Shown here: positions 30,356-41,287 of the stretch, piece after piece
Position numbering within the stretch: the first letter of the stretch is position 1
Layout: each line of letters starts with the position of its first letter
From: Candidatus Babeliales bacterium
GTDB taxonomy: Bacteria > Babelota > Babeliae > Babelales > JANWKD01
DNA: 64,000 bases
NCBI GenBank assembly: GCA_963722075.1
Contig: CAVRJM010000001.1
Coordinates: forward strand, 608,001-672,000
Reading direction: 5' to 3'
Translations under genes and position numbers: made by a program
Notes under the pieces: generated by a model
Databases searched by the model: none
What the model was told of the DNA's origin: nothing
What the model saw: only the letters and a program-made list of their open reading frames with translations

Positions 30356-31456
30356 ATGAAAATAAATTTTTTGTTAAAATTTTTACTTATAGCAATTCTA
30401 AGCATTGGAAATTCTTCTTTAGCTTCAGTTTGGACTAATTGGAAAGAGTTTCCAGTAGACCCAATTTATAATCCGTATGGAACCCAAATTCTCCCTGAAG
30501 ATTATTGGCCTTTTGTTATTTTTAATAAAAATTTATTTAATGGCGATGGTGATAGATCTTTTTACAAAATGTGGCATCAAGGCCCAAATGGAATTGCTAT
30601 TTCCTATTCTATTGATGGAAGTTTTTGGCGGTTAAAAGGCGATACTACACTTAGTAATTTATTTCATCCATGTATTATTTACGATCCAAATGGTTTCGGT
30701 GGTGGGCCTTATAATTACAGAGGTTGGTTTTGGACGGGAGTCGCAGGGGTGACTCCCGACGTTATTCAATATTCTTTTTCAACCGATGGCATTAATTGGC
30801 TTACGCCACAACCTGCGATGCAAGATGCAAGTTCACCAATTGTTACAGGAATATCTCCGGGATATTTTTACCATTTATATGGTCCGGGATTTGTGATATA
30901 TAATCCAAATTCAACTTCAACGCCAGGGCAACCGTATACATTCCCCTATGTTATGTTTTTTGATACATCAACAGAAGGTACCGGGCCTGGTTTAAGCGTT
31001 GAGCAAATTGGTTTAGCTTACAGTAATGATGGAGTTACATGGACTCGCTTTGGTTCTGTACCAATTGTAATACCATCAGGAAGTGCCACTGCTTGGGATG
31101 GAAATTATGCATTTCGCCCTTCAATTATTCTAGTCCAAGGAATTTATCATATGTTTTATTCAGGTTCTAATGATCTAATTGACCCTTTAACGACGATCCC
31201 CTATGCACATGGTATTGGTCATGCTAGTTCTTCTGATGGAATAAACTGGACATTGGATCCAGACAATCCTATTTTTATTTATTCAGATGGTGTTGCATGG
31301 AGAAATAGCCGCACGTATACACCGAGTGTTCTTTTTGATCCATTTTGTACCGCTGCAGTAAGAACATGTGCTAAAATGTGGTTTGATGGTGGCCAAGGAA
31401 CGGTTGCTGGCGAAGATCAAGCTATCGGCCTTGCTACATTAACCTGTCCATACTAA
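30356..31456 (+). CDS. Secreted beta-propeller glycoside-hydrolase-like protein (five-bladed GH32/43/130-type fold)
   Basis: Signal peptide; repeated S.DG..W Asp-boxes (SIDGSFW, STDGINW, SNDGVTW, SSDGINW); YHMFYSG; IGLA. Confidence 0.75.
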   Translation: MKINFLLKFLLIAILSIGNSSLASVWTNWKEFPVDPIYNPYGTQILPEDYWPFVIFNKNLFNGDGDRSFYKMWHQGPNGIAISYSIDGSFWRLKGDTTLSNLFHPCIIYDPNGFGGGPYNYRGWFWTGVAGVTPDVIQYSFSTDGINWLTPQPAMQDASSPIVTGISPGYFYHLYGPGFVIYNPNSTSTPGQPYTFPYVMFFDTSTEGTGPGLSVEQIGLAYSNDGVTWTRFGSVPIVIPSGSATAWDGNYAFRPSIILVQGIYHMFYSGSNDLIDPLTTIPYAHGIGHASSSDGINWTLDPDNPIFIYSDGVAWRNSRTYTPSVLFDPFCTAAVRTCAKMWFDGGQGTVAGEDQAIGLATLTCPY

Positions 31457-31466
31457 ACAAAAAATG

Positions 31467-31497
31467 TGCCGTAATAAAATAAGTTTTTGTTACGGCA
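31467..31497 (+). terminator. Hairpin after the propeller gene
   Basis: TGCCGTAA...TTACGGCA. Confidence 0.5.
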
Positions 31498-31640
31498 GTA
31501 ATTAAAATTGGGTCTAGACTAGAATAATTTATGTAATTATTATGGGGAACTATGATCAGGTCTTTTTTAGTTTATGTATCAGTACCATAACAGAATATTC
31601 GTATCATTGCCTATGAACTTTACTTTGTTGGTTTCTAACA

Positions 31641-31669
31641 TTGTATATCACCTACAAGCATGTTAAACT
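31641..31669 (+). promoter_or_regulatory. Putative sigma70 promoter of sbcC (second copy at 30033-30061)
   Basis: TTGTAT-17bp-TAAACT with extended TG. Confidence 0.65.
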
Positions 31670-31718
31670 AACCACCTAATTACTATAAAAACAATAATGA
31701 ACAATAGTTTAACGTATA

Positions 31719-34427
31719 ATGATTCCTTTAAAATTACATCTTAAGAATTTTTTAAGTTATGGCGATGTCTTACAAACGATCGATTTTACCCCCTATCAAC
31801 TGATTTGCTTGAGCGGCAAAAATGGACATGGCAAATCTGCCTTGCTAGATGCTATAACGTGGGCAATCTGGGGCCAAGCGCGCAAAATTGGCGGCGTTGC
31901 AAAACCAGATGCCCATCTCATGCGACTTGGTCAACAACAGATGCTGGTGATGTTTGATTTTGAATTTAACGGACAACAATATCGAATTCGACGAGAATTT
32001 GCCAGTACTCATGGTAAACAATACGCTTCATTAGATTTTGGGCTTATGCAGGGCGATAAAATAATTTCCCTTACCAATAAAACAATTCGCGATACCCAAA
32101 CCATTATTGAAACAACACTTGGCTTAGATTTTGATGCCTTTATTAATTCTGCATTTTTACGGCAAGGCCAATCAAATGAATTTTCAAAAAAATCTCCTAA
32201 AGAACGCAAAGAAATATTAGGAGCCATTTTAGGGCTCAATCATTATGAATTGGTACGGAAAAAAGCATTAGATAAAGTTAAGCAAGCAGGTATCGAATTA
32301 GACTATCTAAAAAAATTTCAAGAAAAGAACACGCAAGCATTACTGCGATTGCCACATTTACAAAATGAACTTCATCAAATTCAACAATCATTACAGGCAG
32401 TAATACAAGAAGAAGAACGTATTTCAGCACAAAAAAATAGCTTGGAAAAAACAAAAGCACACCTGAATGAGCAAAAGAATCAACAACAATTTATTCAATT
32501 ACAACAGGCACAAAAGATTCAAGAAGAAGAACAGCTTAAACTGCAGATTCAAAGCTGCTATACCCAATGGAAAAATATCCACAAAAAAATCATCGTAATG
32601 GGCGCTCAATCGCTTGATCAACAAAAAAAGGATATCTTACAGCAAATTTCTGTTTATCAGCAAAAAACGCAAAAAGCGTTAACGTTGAAAGAAAAATTAC
32701 TGCAAAAAAAACAGGAACAACAACAGCTCGTTTACCGTGCCCAAATTGAATACCAACAACAATTACTCACCCATCAAACGCTTTTTAATCAATGCCAATT
32801 CACCATTGATACCAAAAGAAAAGATATTCAAGGCTTACAGGCGCAGCTTTCCCATTTCACGAATGAAAAGAATCAACATCAAATCGATTTAGAAAAGTTA
32901 TCATCCGTACATTCTCATAGAGAACAGCTGCAAACTACTATAGAACTAGCAGAAAAGAAATTCGAAAAGCGAAAATTATTTTATCATCAGTGGATTACCA
33001 GTGCCAATCTTATAAAATCGCAGGCAGATCAATTAGAACATAAATATACTCTTATTTATGATGAAAATAATCCCAGCTGCCCGTTATGCGAGCAAACATT
33101 ATCAGCTTCACGTAAAAGATTTTTAAAAGGACAATTTACCAAACAAGAACAGTTTTATGCATGGCGCGTTCAACGGTTAACTCACCTAATTAAAAATCTT
33201 AAACAACTATTAGTGGAGCAACATACACAATTAAATCACCATAAAAAAGAATTAGAAGAATATTCCCTTTTACAAACTAAACAGCAAGAGCTTCTTAAAA
33301 ACCTAGAAAAATTGCATACCGAAGAAAAAACAATCCAACAACGGTTAGCAATGCTCATCGATGAATTAACGCAACTTGAAATCCAAGCGCGCGAGGCAGA
33401 AAAAAAGCTCACCACTCTCATACAGCAAGAGCATTCATTCAAAAACACCCCTGGGTATCTTTTGGTACAGCAAGAAATTGAAATACTTGAACAAGAAGCA
33501 CGGGCATTGGCTATCGATGACACTACTTTTGCACTGTTGCGCCAACGCCAATTAGAATTAGAACAAGAATCTAATCAATTGGAAACGTTTCAACAAGAAG
33601 TTGAAAAACAGGAACAACGCAAAAATCGTATCCATGAATTAATTGCTTCACTACGGACTATCAAAACTGAAAAAAAGAAATTATTGCTTTCGCTTGAGCA
33701 ATTTAATTTGCTTGAACAATCTTATGCACAGGTCCAACAACAAGAAAATACCCTACGCATATCTGTTGAAACCATTAAAAAAGAGAAAGAAACTCTTTTG
33801 CAAAAAAAAGGGTACATTGAAAATGAGCAAAGCCAATTAGTTAAGCTGCAAGAGGAATGCATCCTTCAAGAGAAGAAAATCGCTGAGCTTGATACCACTA
33901 TTTTTGAATACCAAGCGATCGCAAGTGCCGTGAGTAAAGATGGTGTTCAGGCATTGATTATTGAAGATGCCTTACCTGAAATTGAACAGGAAGCAAATAG
34001 CCTTTTAAGTCAACTGACTGATAACCAAGCGCATATTATTATTGAATCATTACGGGATCTCAAAAAAGGAGGCACTAAAGAAACGCTTGATATAAAAATT
34101 TCTGATACGGCCGGTATACGGCCTTATGAACTATTTTCAGGTGGCGAAGCATTTAGAATTGATTTTGCGCTGCGTCTGGCAATTTCTAAATTACTGGCAC
34201 GCCGTGCCGGCACTTCCTTGCAGATGCTCATTATTGATGAAGGCTTTGGCTCTCAGGATGAAGACGGATTACATCATATTATGGATTGCATTTATAAAAT
34301 CCAACATAATTTTTGTAAGATTATTATTGTCTCTCATTTGCCTTCTATGAAGGAACAATTCCCCGTTCATTTTTATGTTGAAAAAACATCACAGGGAAGT
34401 TCAATTCGTGTTATTGAGCAAGGCTAA
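31719..34427 (+). CDS. sbcC: SbcC/Rad50 SMC-family ATPase
   Basis: Walker A GKNGHGKS, Q-loop LRQG, CPLC zinc hook, LFSGGE signature, IIDEGFG, VSH. Confidence 0.93.
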   Translation: MIPLKLHLKNFLSYGDVLQTIDFTPYQLICLSGKNGHGKSALLDAITWAIWGQARKIGGVAKPDAHLMRLGQQQMLVMFDFEFNGQQYRIRREFASTHGKQYASLDFGLMQGDKIISLTNKTIRDTQTIIETTLGLDFDAFINSAFLRQGQSNEFSKKSPKERKEILGAILGLNHYELVRKKALDKVKQAGIELDYLKKFQEKNTQALLRLPHLQNELHQIQQSLQAVIQEEERISAQKNSLEKTKAHLNEQKNQQQFIQLQQAQKIQEEEQLKLQIQSCYTQWKNIHKKIIVMGAQSLDQQKKDILQQISVYQQKTQKALTLKEKLLQKKQEQQQLVYRAQIEYQQQLLTHQTLFNQCQFTIDTKRKDIQGLQAQLSHFTNEKNQHQIDLEKLSSVHSHREQLQTTIELAEKKFEKRKLFYHQWITSANLIKSQADQLEHKYTLIYDENNPSCPLCEQTLSASRKRFLKGQFTKQEQFYAWRVQRLTHLIKNLKQLLVEQHTQLNHHKKELEEYSLLQTKQQELLKNLEKLHTEEKTIQQRLAMLIDELTQLEIQAREAEKKLTTLIQQEHSFKNTPGYLLVQQEIEILEQEARALAIDDTTFALLRQRQLELEQESNQLETFQQEVEKQEQRKNRIHELIASLRTIKTEKKKLLLSLEQFNLLEQSYAQVQQQENTLRISVETIKKEKETLLQKKGYIENEQSQLVKLQEECILQEKKIAELDTTIFEYQAIASAVSKDGVQALIIEDALPEIEQEANSLLSQLTDNQAHIIIESLRDLKKGGTKETLDIKISDTAGIRPYELFSGGEAFRIDFALRLAISKLLARRAGTSLQMLIIDEGFGSQDEDGLHHIMDCIYKIQHNFCKIIIVSHLPSMKEQFPVHFYVEKTSQGSSIRVIEQG

Positions 34428-36079
34428 TAAGAACTTAACTGTTGAATTAGCTCTGCTAATTCAATTAACTGTATTTTAGAATATGGATCTCCTATGCCAA
34501 TTGGAGCTCCTTTCATTTTAACTTCATGAAAAAGTAATTCTCTTAGCTCAGGCTCCATATTACTAATATAATTTTTTTGAAATGACTCATCTTTATTTAT
34601 TAGATAAGAAACCATTTTGCTAAGAGTAAGATGTACTAAACTTCTTACGGCGTATTTTTGTAATAATATTGTTGGTTTTATTAATTCCTTACAAAATTGG
34701 AGCGGTTTCATCGCTATTTGATAAAAATTCCCTGCTCGATCTCTTTCTCCTGATATTGTTGGCCCCGCCTGCCCTGGATCAACAGCATGATCTAACAAAT
34801 TTTTTAAAATTTTGCAGTACTGATTATATTCTTGGCAATTAAAATCTTTATTTCTTTTTTTTAACTCTATAAGTACATACCACAAAGCAGATAAGGGATT
34901 TCTGGAGGTAATCATCATATTAAGATTTTTTATCTCAGGCGCCATAGAAGCACGTCTACCATGTTTTACTAATAAATGAAGGTGCTCTTGATCCTTTTTA
35001 TTGAGCGGATAATATAAGGTTGAGTAACCAACAGAATAAATACCTTTGTCTAATAATAAATTAATCATATTTTCATCCGCCTGCTCCATAGCATAATATA
35101 AAGCTGAATAACGAGAAGAATCAAGCTCATCAATGTTATAGCCTCTTTCAAGTTGATGTTGTATCATTTCCATACTATGAAGCTTGTCTTTTTCTGAACA
35201 TTTAGAGAATTTCATAACAAGAAAATGAAGAGCTGGCATAAGCCTAAAAGACCACTCTGAATTATCTTTTTTATCTACATACGGAATTCTAATATTTGGA
35301 TTGTTATGTGCTGCGGCTAATAATATCTTAAGCGTTTCGTCATCAATTGCCGGCAAATTTTTTAATACCACATTAGTAGACCATTTTTCTAAACTCAAAT
35401 CAGTGCCAAAACCAACTAATAATTGAACTAATTTAATATTATTGTTATCGCATGCATATTCTAATGCCACTTTTTGGCTACGCGAACTCTTTGCATTTAC
35501 ATCGGCTCCGCCTTTTAATAAGGTGATAGCAATTTCGGTCATATTTTCAAATGCAGCGCGTATAAGTGGCGTATGTCCTTGTAAATTACGAGTTTCTAAA
35601 TTTGCAAACGCATCAATTAAATGCTGCAAACACGCGAGCGAATTTTTGTTTTTTTGTTCAACCGTTAATACCGTTTCAACGGCGGTTAATTGCCCAAACT
35701 CCGGATGAGGAAAAACTGCATTGGGATTTACGCCATACGATAACAATTTTTCTACAAGAGTTGAGTACTGCATTAAAATTGCATCTTTTAGAAAGTTAGT
35801 TTCTTCAATCACCTCTATCATATAGCTTTTTATTGCCGGTCTTATTTTAATAAAACGATCAAAAACAAATCCCTTTTCATTTGCCACGCCTAATTGATTT
35901 GTGCGAATCAAATTTATTATGGTACGAAAACCTTTTTTCACCTCATTTGGTGCTTTAGCCTGGTAGATTTGGGATAACGCTGTTTTAACCATTGCTTCAA
36001 AGCTTGATTGTTCTTGTTGCATACCATATAACGAGGTTATAAACCCTAAAGATAGTAATAGTAATCCTTTTTTTATCAT
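34424..36079 (-). CDS. Secreted ankyrin-repeat protein
   Basis: Signal peptide ending LYG-M; GHTPLIRAA...LLKGGADVNA and other ankyrin repeats. Confidence 0.85.
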   Translation of the reverse strand: MIKKGLLLLSLGFITSLYGMQQEQSSFEAMVKTALSQIYQAKAPNEVKKGFRTIINLIRTNQLGVANEKGFVFDRFIKIRPAIKSYMIEVIEETNFLKDAILMQYSTLVEKLLSYGVNPNAVFPHPEFGQLTAVETVLTVEQKNKNSLACLQHLIDAFANLETRNLQGHTPLIRAAFENMTEIAITLLKGGADVNAKSSRSQKVALEYACDNNNIKLVQLLVGFGTDLSLEKWSTNVVLKNLPAIDDETLKILLAAAHNNPNIRIPYVDKKDNSEWSFRLMPALHFLVMKFSKCSEKDKLHSMEMIQHQLERGYNIDELDSSRYSALYYAMEQADENMINLLLDKGIYSVGYSTLYYPLNKKDQEHLHLLVKHGRRASMAPEIKNLNMMITSRNPLSALWYVLIELKKRNKDFNCQEYNQYCKILKNLLDHAVDPGQAGPTISGERDRAGNFYQIAMKPLQFCKELIKPTILLQKYAVRSLVHLTLSKMVSYLINKDESFQKNYISNMEPELRELLFHEVKMKGAPIGIGDPYSKIQLIELAELIQQLSSY

Positions 36080-36245
36080 ATTTTCCCCTATAAGAAAGTT
36101 AAATTTATAGTATAATTTTACCATTTATATACTATTTGTCAATAAACAACAGAAGGAATATTTCCCCTCATAAACCCATAAATTTGACAAAAAAATTGGT
36201 AATTTTTAACCTTGCCTCATAGTTTTACTAGCTAAAAAGGAATAT

Positions 36246-36926
36246 ATGGCTAAAAATGCAGCTCTTTTTATGGCAAATCTTATTTTTTTAAGTATCACCT
36301 TTAGTAGTTGTGATCAAATGACTTATTCTGACAAAAAAGGCGAAATCATGCGTAATTCATCATGCCCGATCAATCCGCTTATATTGAATCGGTGGTCAGC
36401 ACGCGCTATGTCAGGTCAAACCGTTAGTGAAAATGAGCTTAAATCTCTTTTTGAAGCAGCGCGCTGGGCCCCTTCATCATATAATAATCAACCGTGGCGT
36501 TTTTTATACGTTACTAAAGAAGATTCTAATTGGCAGAAGATGTTCAATCTATTAGTTCCTTTCAATCAATCATGGACACAAAATGCTGCCGTTTTGATTC
36601 TGGTTCTTTCGGCCCGCAATTATGAACATAATAAAGAATTTTCTAAAACACATTCCTTTGATGCTGGTGCCGCTACACAAAATTTAGCATTGCAAGGCTC
36701 ATCTATAGGATTAGTAGTTCATGTCATGGAAGGTTTTGATTATGATAAAGCGCGATCCGAATTCAATATCCCGCAAGAATATGATATTGAGGCAATGATA
36801 GTGGTTGGAAAACCAGGAAGCAAAGAAGTACTACCGTCAGAACTTCAAGAAAAAGAAACACCATCGGATAGAAGAGCAATTGATGACTTTGTATTTCATA
36901 ATGAATTAGTAAACCAAAGTAGGTAA
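36246..36926 (+). CDS. Nitroreductase family protein
   Basis: RWSARAM, FEAARWAPSSYNNQPWRF, SFDAGAA, MEGFD. Confidence 0.92.
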   Translation: MAKNAALFMANLIFLSITFSSCDQMTYSDKKGEIMRNSSCPINPLILNRWSARAMSGQTVSENELKSLFEAARWAPSSYNNQPWRFLYVTKEDSNWQKMFNLLVPFNQSWTQNAAVLILVLSARNYEHNKEFSKTHSFDAGAATQNLALQGSSIGLVVHVMEGFDYDKARSEFNIPQEYDIEAMIVVGKPGSKEVLPSELQEKETPSDRRAIDDFVFHNELVNQSR

Positions 36927-39104
36927 TGGTTTCTTAGTCTTATAGATTTCATCAAGCATATTTACCTCTTGTTGACACGCTTTCATTTTGCGGGCAAATT
37001 GTGAATCGTCATATAATTTTTGTTGATCTGCATTAAAATTTGCATATTCCATGCCGCCATCATTATATATGACCCTTTTATGCACATACAATTTTTGCAA
37101 TTCTTTGCCAATTCTACCGGCAAAATCATCAGGAAGAATATCACGGTCTTGCGTTAAGAAATCTTTTAGTTCTACAGAAACTTCATTATAGTGCCTAATA
37201 TAGCCTTTAGTATTAATTGATAAGTTCAAAGAATCAATGTACTTCTTAATCCGAGGAATATACACGGAGCACATAACCGCTTTAACCGTATTGAGTAATT
37301 GATTATATTGATTCTCTGAAACGCGTAATCTTCGTAACGTATTGGCAATAGATCTGCAAGAATTTGCATCTTGGCAAGCACAAATTTCTTGCTCTTTGGT
37401 ACGTACTAGATGAAGCCCACGTAACTCTGTTAGCTCATTCTTTGTAAATAAATCTGTGCCGCTATATTGATCATATAACTCATTAAAATCATCTTTATTT
37501 TTTGTATGTGCAAATTCTTGTAATCTAACTGCGAGTTGCTCCTTAGCATACTGTTTAAGAATATCAGCTCTTTTTTTACTACACGGCCAAAAATCTGGAG
37601 AGACTAATTTTTTAAGCCTATTTAAATCATAGTCACCAATAGCTTCTTCAATTGCTCGTTGTGCATTAAAAGTCAAATTCTCTATTGCTTGCTGTGGGCA
37701 ACTCAATTGAGTTGGATCACAACCCAATTCTATTAATGCATCTCTGATTTTTAACCTCTTAATCTGTTTCAATCTTTTAAAATTTCGTTTATTATCTTCG
37801 ATCAAATAGGTAAAAAAACGAACTGGAAACGCTGATTGTTTCATACAAAGATATTTAAATGCGTAATTTGATTGAATAAAATCTAATTTATTCTCTAATG
37901 CTGCTTCTAATTGATTTTTACAGAAACTTTGTATTCGAATTTCAAAATGTCCAAGAATATCTTTTCTCAATTTATCATCATATGGCTCTAGCCATTCAGC
38001 ATCGATGTTCATAAAATCCAGGAGATCATTATTTTCTAGTGCAGGTTCAAGGATAGTTTTTATTAAATCTTCCATTATTTTTATTCTTACACTAGAACTA
38101 TATTGAATATTATTATATAAATTAATTGCTCTACTTTTTAAGGTAAATTGTTCACTTTCTTCAAAGGATTCAAGGACCTCGTGTAAATCATTTAAATGAC
38201 GTGTAAAACCATTTCTGCCCGCCTTCTCAATCGCTAATTTATACAATAACTGCTCTAACTTATTAATACTTGGTGAATATGACAAATAAAATTGAGTATC
38301 ATTAAAAAAAGGATGCAAAATTAAACCCATTATTTTACTCGACCGACTAAAAAAACCACAACGTTTGTATTCTTTATTTATTTCATATCTATTAAGTATC
38401 TTAAATGATAAATCCATAGCCGCCAATTCGCCCGATTTAGGTGATGTTATGATATGATGATCTGCTGTTATTGTTATAATTTGCCCTTCCATTTGACCAA
38501 CTCTCTTTCGATCAGTATCAAAATCATACAGAATAATATTACCGCCATAGGTAGTAATAAAATCATTATTATCACTTTTTATAACTACTGTATTAGTATT
38601 GGGTAAGCAATAAGTCTTAGCTGCTACATTTATTCCTTGCTTTGAAAATGAAAATGATTTAATTAATTTAATTGGGTTGCTTGTTAAATCAAATAAAAAA
38701 ATATTAAAGCGATTCTTCGCCATTAACTGTTTGCCATCACTACTAAATGTAATTAAAGTAACCTCACCCTCTATAGGCAATTCTATTTCTTTAGTTACAA
38801 CTGCAAAATGGTCCTCGGTATCTGAAATTAATTCTGCAATAAGGATTTTGCCTGATTTTTGAGGAATTATTAAAATATTATCTGAATACGATTGAACAAT
38901 TGCGGTAGCTCCATTAACAGAAAATTTACCTAAGCACTTGTCAAACTTTCTTGAAAATAAAAGACATTCTTTCTCACTTGCAACTGCTATAATTTTTTTT
39001 CTTACTGGCATTACAAATTTATTGTTACATAAGTTTGATTTTTTATTAAAAAATCTATCTATCGAATAAAACCGAGTACAATGCGGTTTTTGTAAATTAA
39101 TAAC
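36906..39104 (-). pseudogene. C-terminal part of an IS-disrupted ~879-aa secreted protein (beta-propeller-like region plus helical tail)
   Basis: Shares the TSD-encoded VINLQ with the 41684 ORF; ITFSSDGKQL WD40-like strand. Confidence 0.8.
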
Positions 39105-39158
39105 TGTCAAAGCAACGTGAAAAATTCCACTATTTTGCAAAGTAAAAAGTTCCTCTCA

Positions 39159-40149
39159 TTAAAGCGCCTCCACGGCCGGCGCAGCCGGCTTCACCCTACT
39201 CTCGCGAGGGGGTAAACCGCTTACCCAACGTTGACTGCTCTGTGAAGGCTTTCTTGGTTTGTAATCTACTATTTTTTTCTCCTGAACTTGTGGGGTTACT
39301 CGTTGATAAATTTCACTAAAAGCAAGCGCTGTTTTTCTAATCCACAGTTTAATTTCTCCATCTAAATGCACCTTAACAACAATAATATCCTTTGGGCGTA
39401 GAATTGTTTTCTGATGCGGAGTCAATTGAAAAATGCGATTGTGGTAAGTAATAGTAAAATCGTTCATAAGAATGCGAGTCTCTTGCATGCTGAATACATC
39501 GGCTAAGTCATAAGATTGAGCATCAGCATGTGCATTGCCTTGTTGAGTTGGAGGGACTTGGAATGCAGCATTATGCTTGGTGATAAAGTTACTCGCTCTT
39601 AGATAATTATTTGCAGCAGTTATTGATGATATGCCAGCAAGCCTCATCTCTTTAATAAGGCGATCTTGCATGGTTTGATTGCATCGTTCAACACGTCCTT
39701 TTGCCTGAGGGCTATGGGCATGTTCAATCTCAATGTCTATAGATTCGCAAGCACGCTCCCATTGAGTCTTTTTAATATCATCTTTATTATTCAAATTAAC
39801 ATGAAAAACAGATCCATGGTCTACGTAAAAAGTTTGAGGGATTCCATATTTCTCAATGTAATTTTTAGTTGCCGCCATTAAAGCAAATACTGATTCAGAT
39901 GGAGCAAATTCAAGCCAAAGAATACGGCTGGTAGCATCGTCAATGAAAACAAGTAGCGTACATTCTGGAGCACGACCTTCAAACCAGTCATGTGGTGACC
40001 CATCAAGCTGAATCATCATGCCAAACATTAGTTTTCTTTCTCGTCGTTTACGATGTTTACCACTTCGTTTTCTGGAATGCCATAAACCCTCTTCGATCAT
40101 AGCCTTTCTAACAACTTCTCGGCTTACCTGTATCCCATGTAACTCATTA
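39159..40149 (-). pseudogene. ISNCY/IS1202-type DDE transposase, C-terminal part
   Basis: QLDGSPHDWFE, FIDDATS, YVDHGSVF, AHSPQAKGRVER, QDRL. Confidence 0.9.
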
Positions 40150-41287
40150 CAGGACTTACGCATAAATAGCACCAATATAACGATCTAATCGAGTGAACAT
40201 ACGATTTAGAGAAGAAGGATTTTTATTCTTAAAGGCTGTGATAGCGGCTTCTGGATTCTTATAAGAATTTCTTTTCATTTCAAATTGAGCGATTGAATAA
40301 GCTAAGAAGACAGCGCAGATATGATCAAATTGCGTAACTATTTTTCTGGAAAAGCATTCTTGAAGGCCTAAGCTTTGCTTAGAAGTCCTGATTAATTTTT
40401 CTATTCCCCAACGATTTTTATAATTAGTAGCATGTTGCTTTGGAGTGGCTTTATACGTTGCAGCCTGGTAAACAATAGTTTCATTACCATGCTTATCAAT
40501 GCGCCTTACGGCAGTAATGTAAAGGGAAAGACCATGCCAAACAATGGTTACAGTGCGAGCCATCTGCCGGCCCTTTGGGCGTATTTCTTTAATTTCACGC
40601 AACTTTCTTTTTTTCCCTTTATATTCAACTACACGGTTACTATGCATACGCACTTCGGTTGCAATATTATTTTCTATAGCCCATTTTAAATATTCCACCG
40701 AAGCAAATGCACCATCCAAAACTGCAATAATTCTTGCATTGGGAAAAAGTTTTTGAGCTTCGATGATAAATAGTTGTACCGTGATTATTAATGCTTGCTT
40801 GGGATTCTGATAAAACTCTTTTCCAAATGTAAAAACAGTATTGATTGGCACAGTAAATTTACCATCGGAAATGGCACTAATAAGCAATTTATATGCGTTA
40901 ATGGATCTACCAATTTTTGTGTCAAAAAACCAACACGTACCATCCATCATTTGGGAGTAAATTTTCTTAATAGTTGTTTCATCTATGATTACTAATAGCT
41001 CTTTTTTATGAGCAAAAATTTGTTGGGCAATTCTTTTTGATTGTTCAAGGCTTTCACGTCCTGATCGCAACATGCGATTAACAGTGTCACCACTTTTTTT
41101 GATGAGCTTACCCATATTTTCAAAACTTCTTTTCCCAATATTGGTAAGGATTGTAAGTAATGGATAAGTTGCTATATTATTAACAATGATCATTTAGGTT
41201 CTCCTTCGATTTAGTTGTTTTAGGAGAGCCTATTATTTTTTTAAAATACGTCTAGATCATATCTTTAAGTTATTTGCGCAAGTCCTG
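40150..41287 (-). mobile_element. IS4-superfamily (IS701-like) insertion sequence, 1138 bp
   Basis: IRs CAGGACTTACGCA / TGCGCAAGTCCTG; 6-bp direct repeat TCATTA at 40144-40149 and 41288-41293. Confidence 0.9.
40156..41193 (-). CDS. DDE transposase (IS4/IS701-like), apparently intact
   Basis: IIDETT, VLDGAF, YKNRWGIEKLIRTSK (Y-2-R-3-E-6-K motif). Confidence 0.88.
   Translation of the reverse strand: MIIVNNIATYPLLTILTNIGKRSFENMGKLIKKSGDTVNRMLRSGRESLEQSKRIAQQIFAHKKELLVIIDETTIKKIYSQMMDGTCWFFDTKIGRSINAYKLLISAISDGKFTVPINTVFTFGKEFYQNPKQALIITVQLFIIEAQKLFPNARIIAVLDGAFASVEYLKWAIENNIATEVRMHSNRVVEYKGKKRKLREIKEIRPKGRQMARTVTIVWHGLSLYITAVRRIDKHGNETIVYQAATYKATPKQHATNYKNRWGIEKLIRTSKQSLGLQECFSRKIVTQFDHICAVFLAYSIAQFEMKRNSYKNPEAAITAFKNKNPSSLNRMFTRLDRYIGAIYA

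Noticed and set aside
30024..31670. 39-bp direct repeat as a CRISPR repeat
   Set aside because: Only two copies 1.6 kb apart, no cas genes, and the repeat matches a promoter.
31719..34427. SMC-like ATPase as part of an anti-plasmid or anti-phage system (Wadjet/Lamassu)
   Set aside because: The CPLC hook and motifs fit ordinary SbcC/Rad50 and no partner genes are adjacent; sbcD may lie elsewhere.
718..35799. Short nested or antisense ORFs (e.g. 7313-7663, 13559-13987, 16523-16951, 27163-27699, 33236-33523)
   Set aside because: They overlap well-supported genes and lack independent evidence.
39105..39140. TTG start of the 744-aa ORF as a genuine gene start
   Set aside because: It lies within the IS terminal repeat; the native start is at 42157 beyond the insertion.
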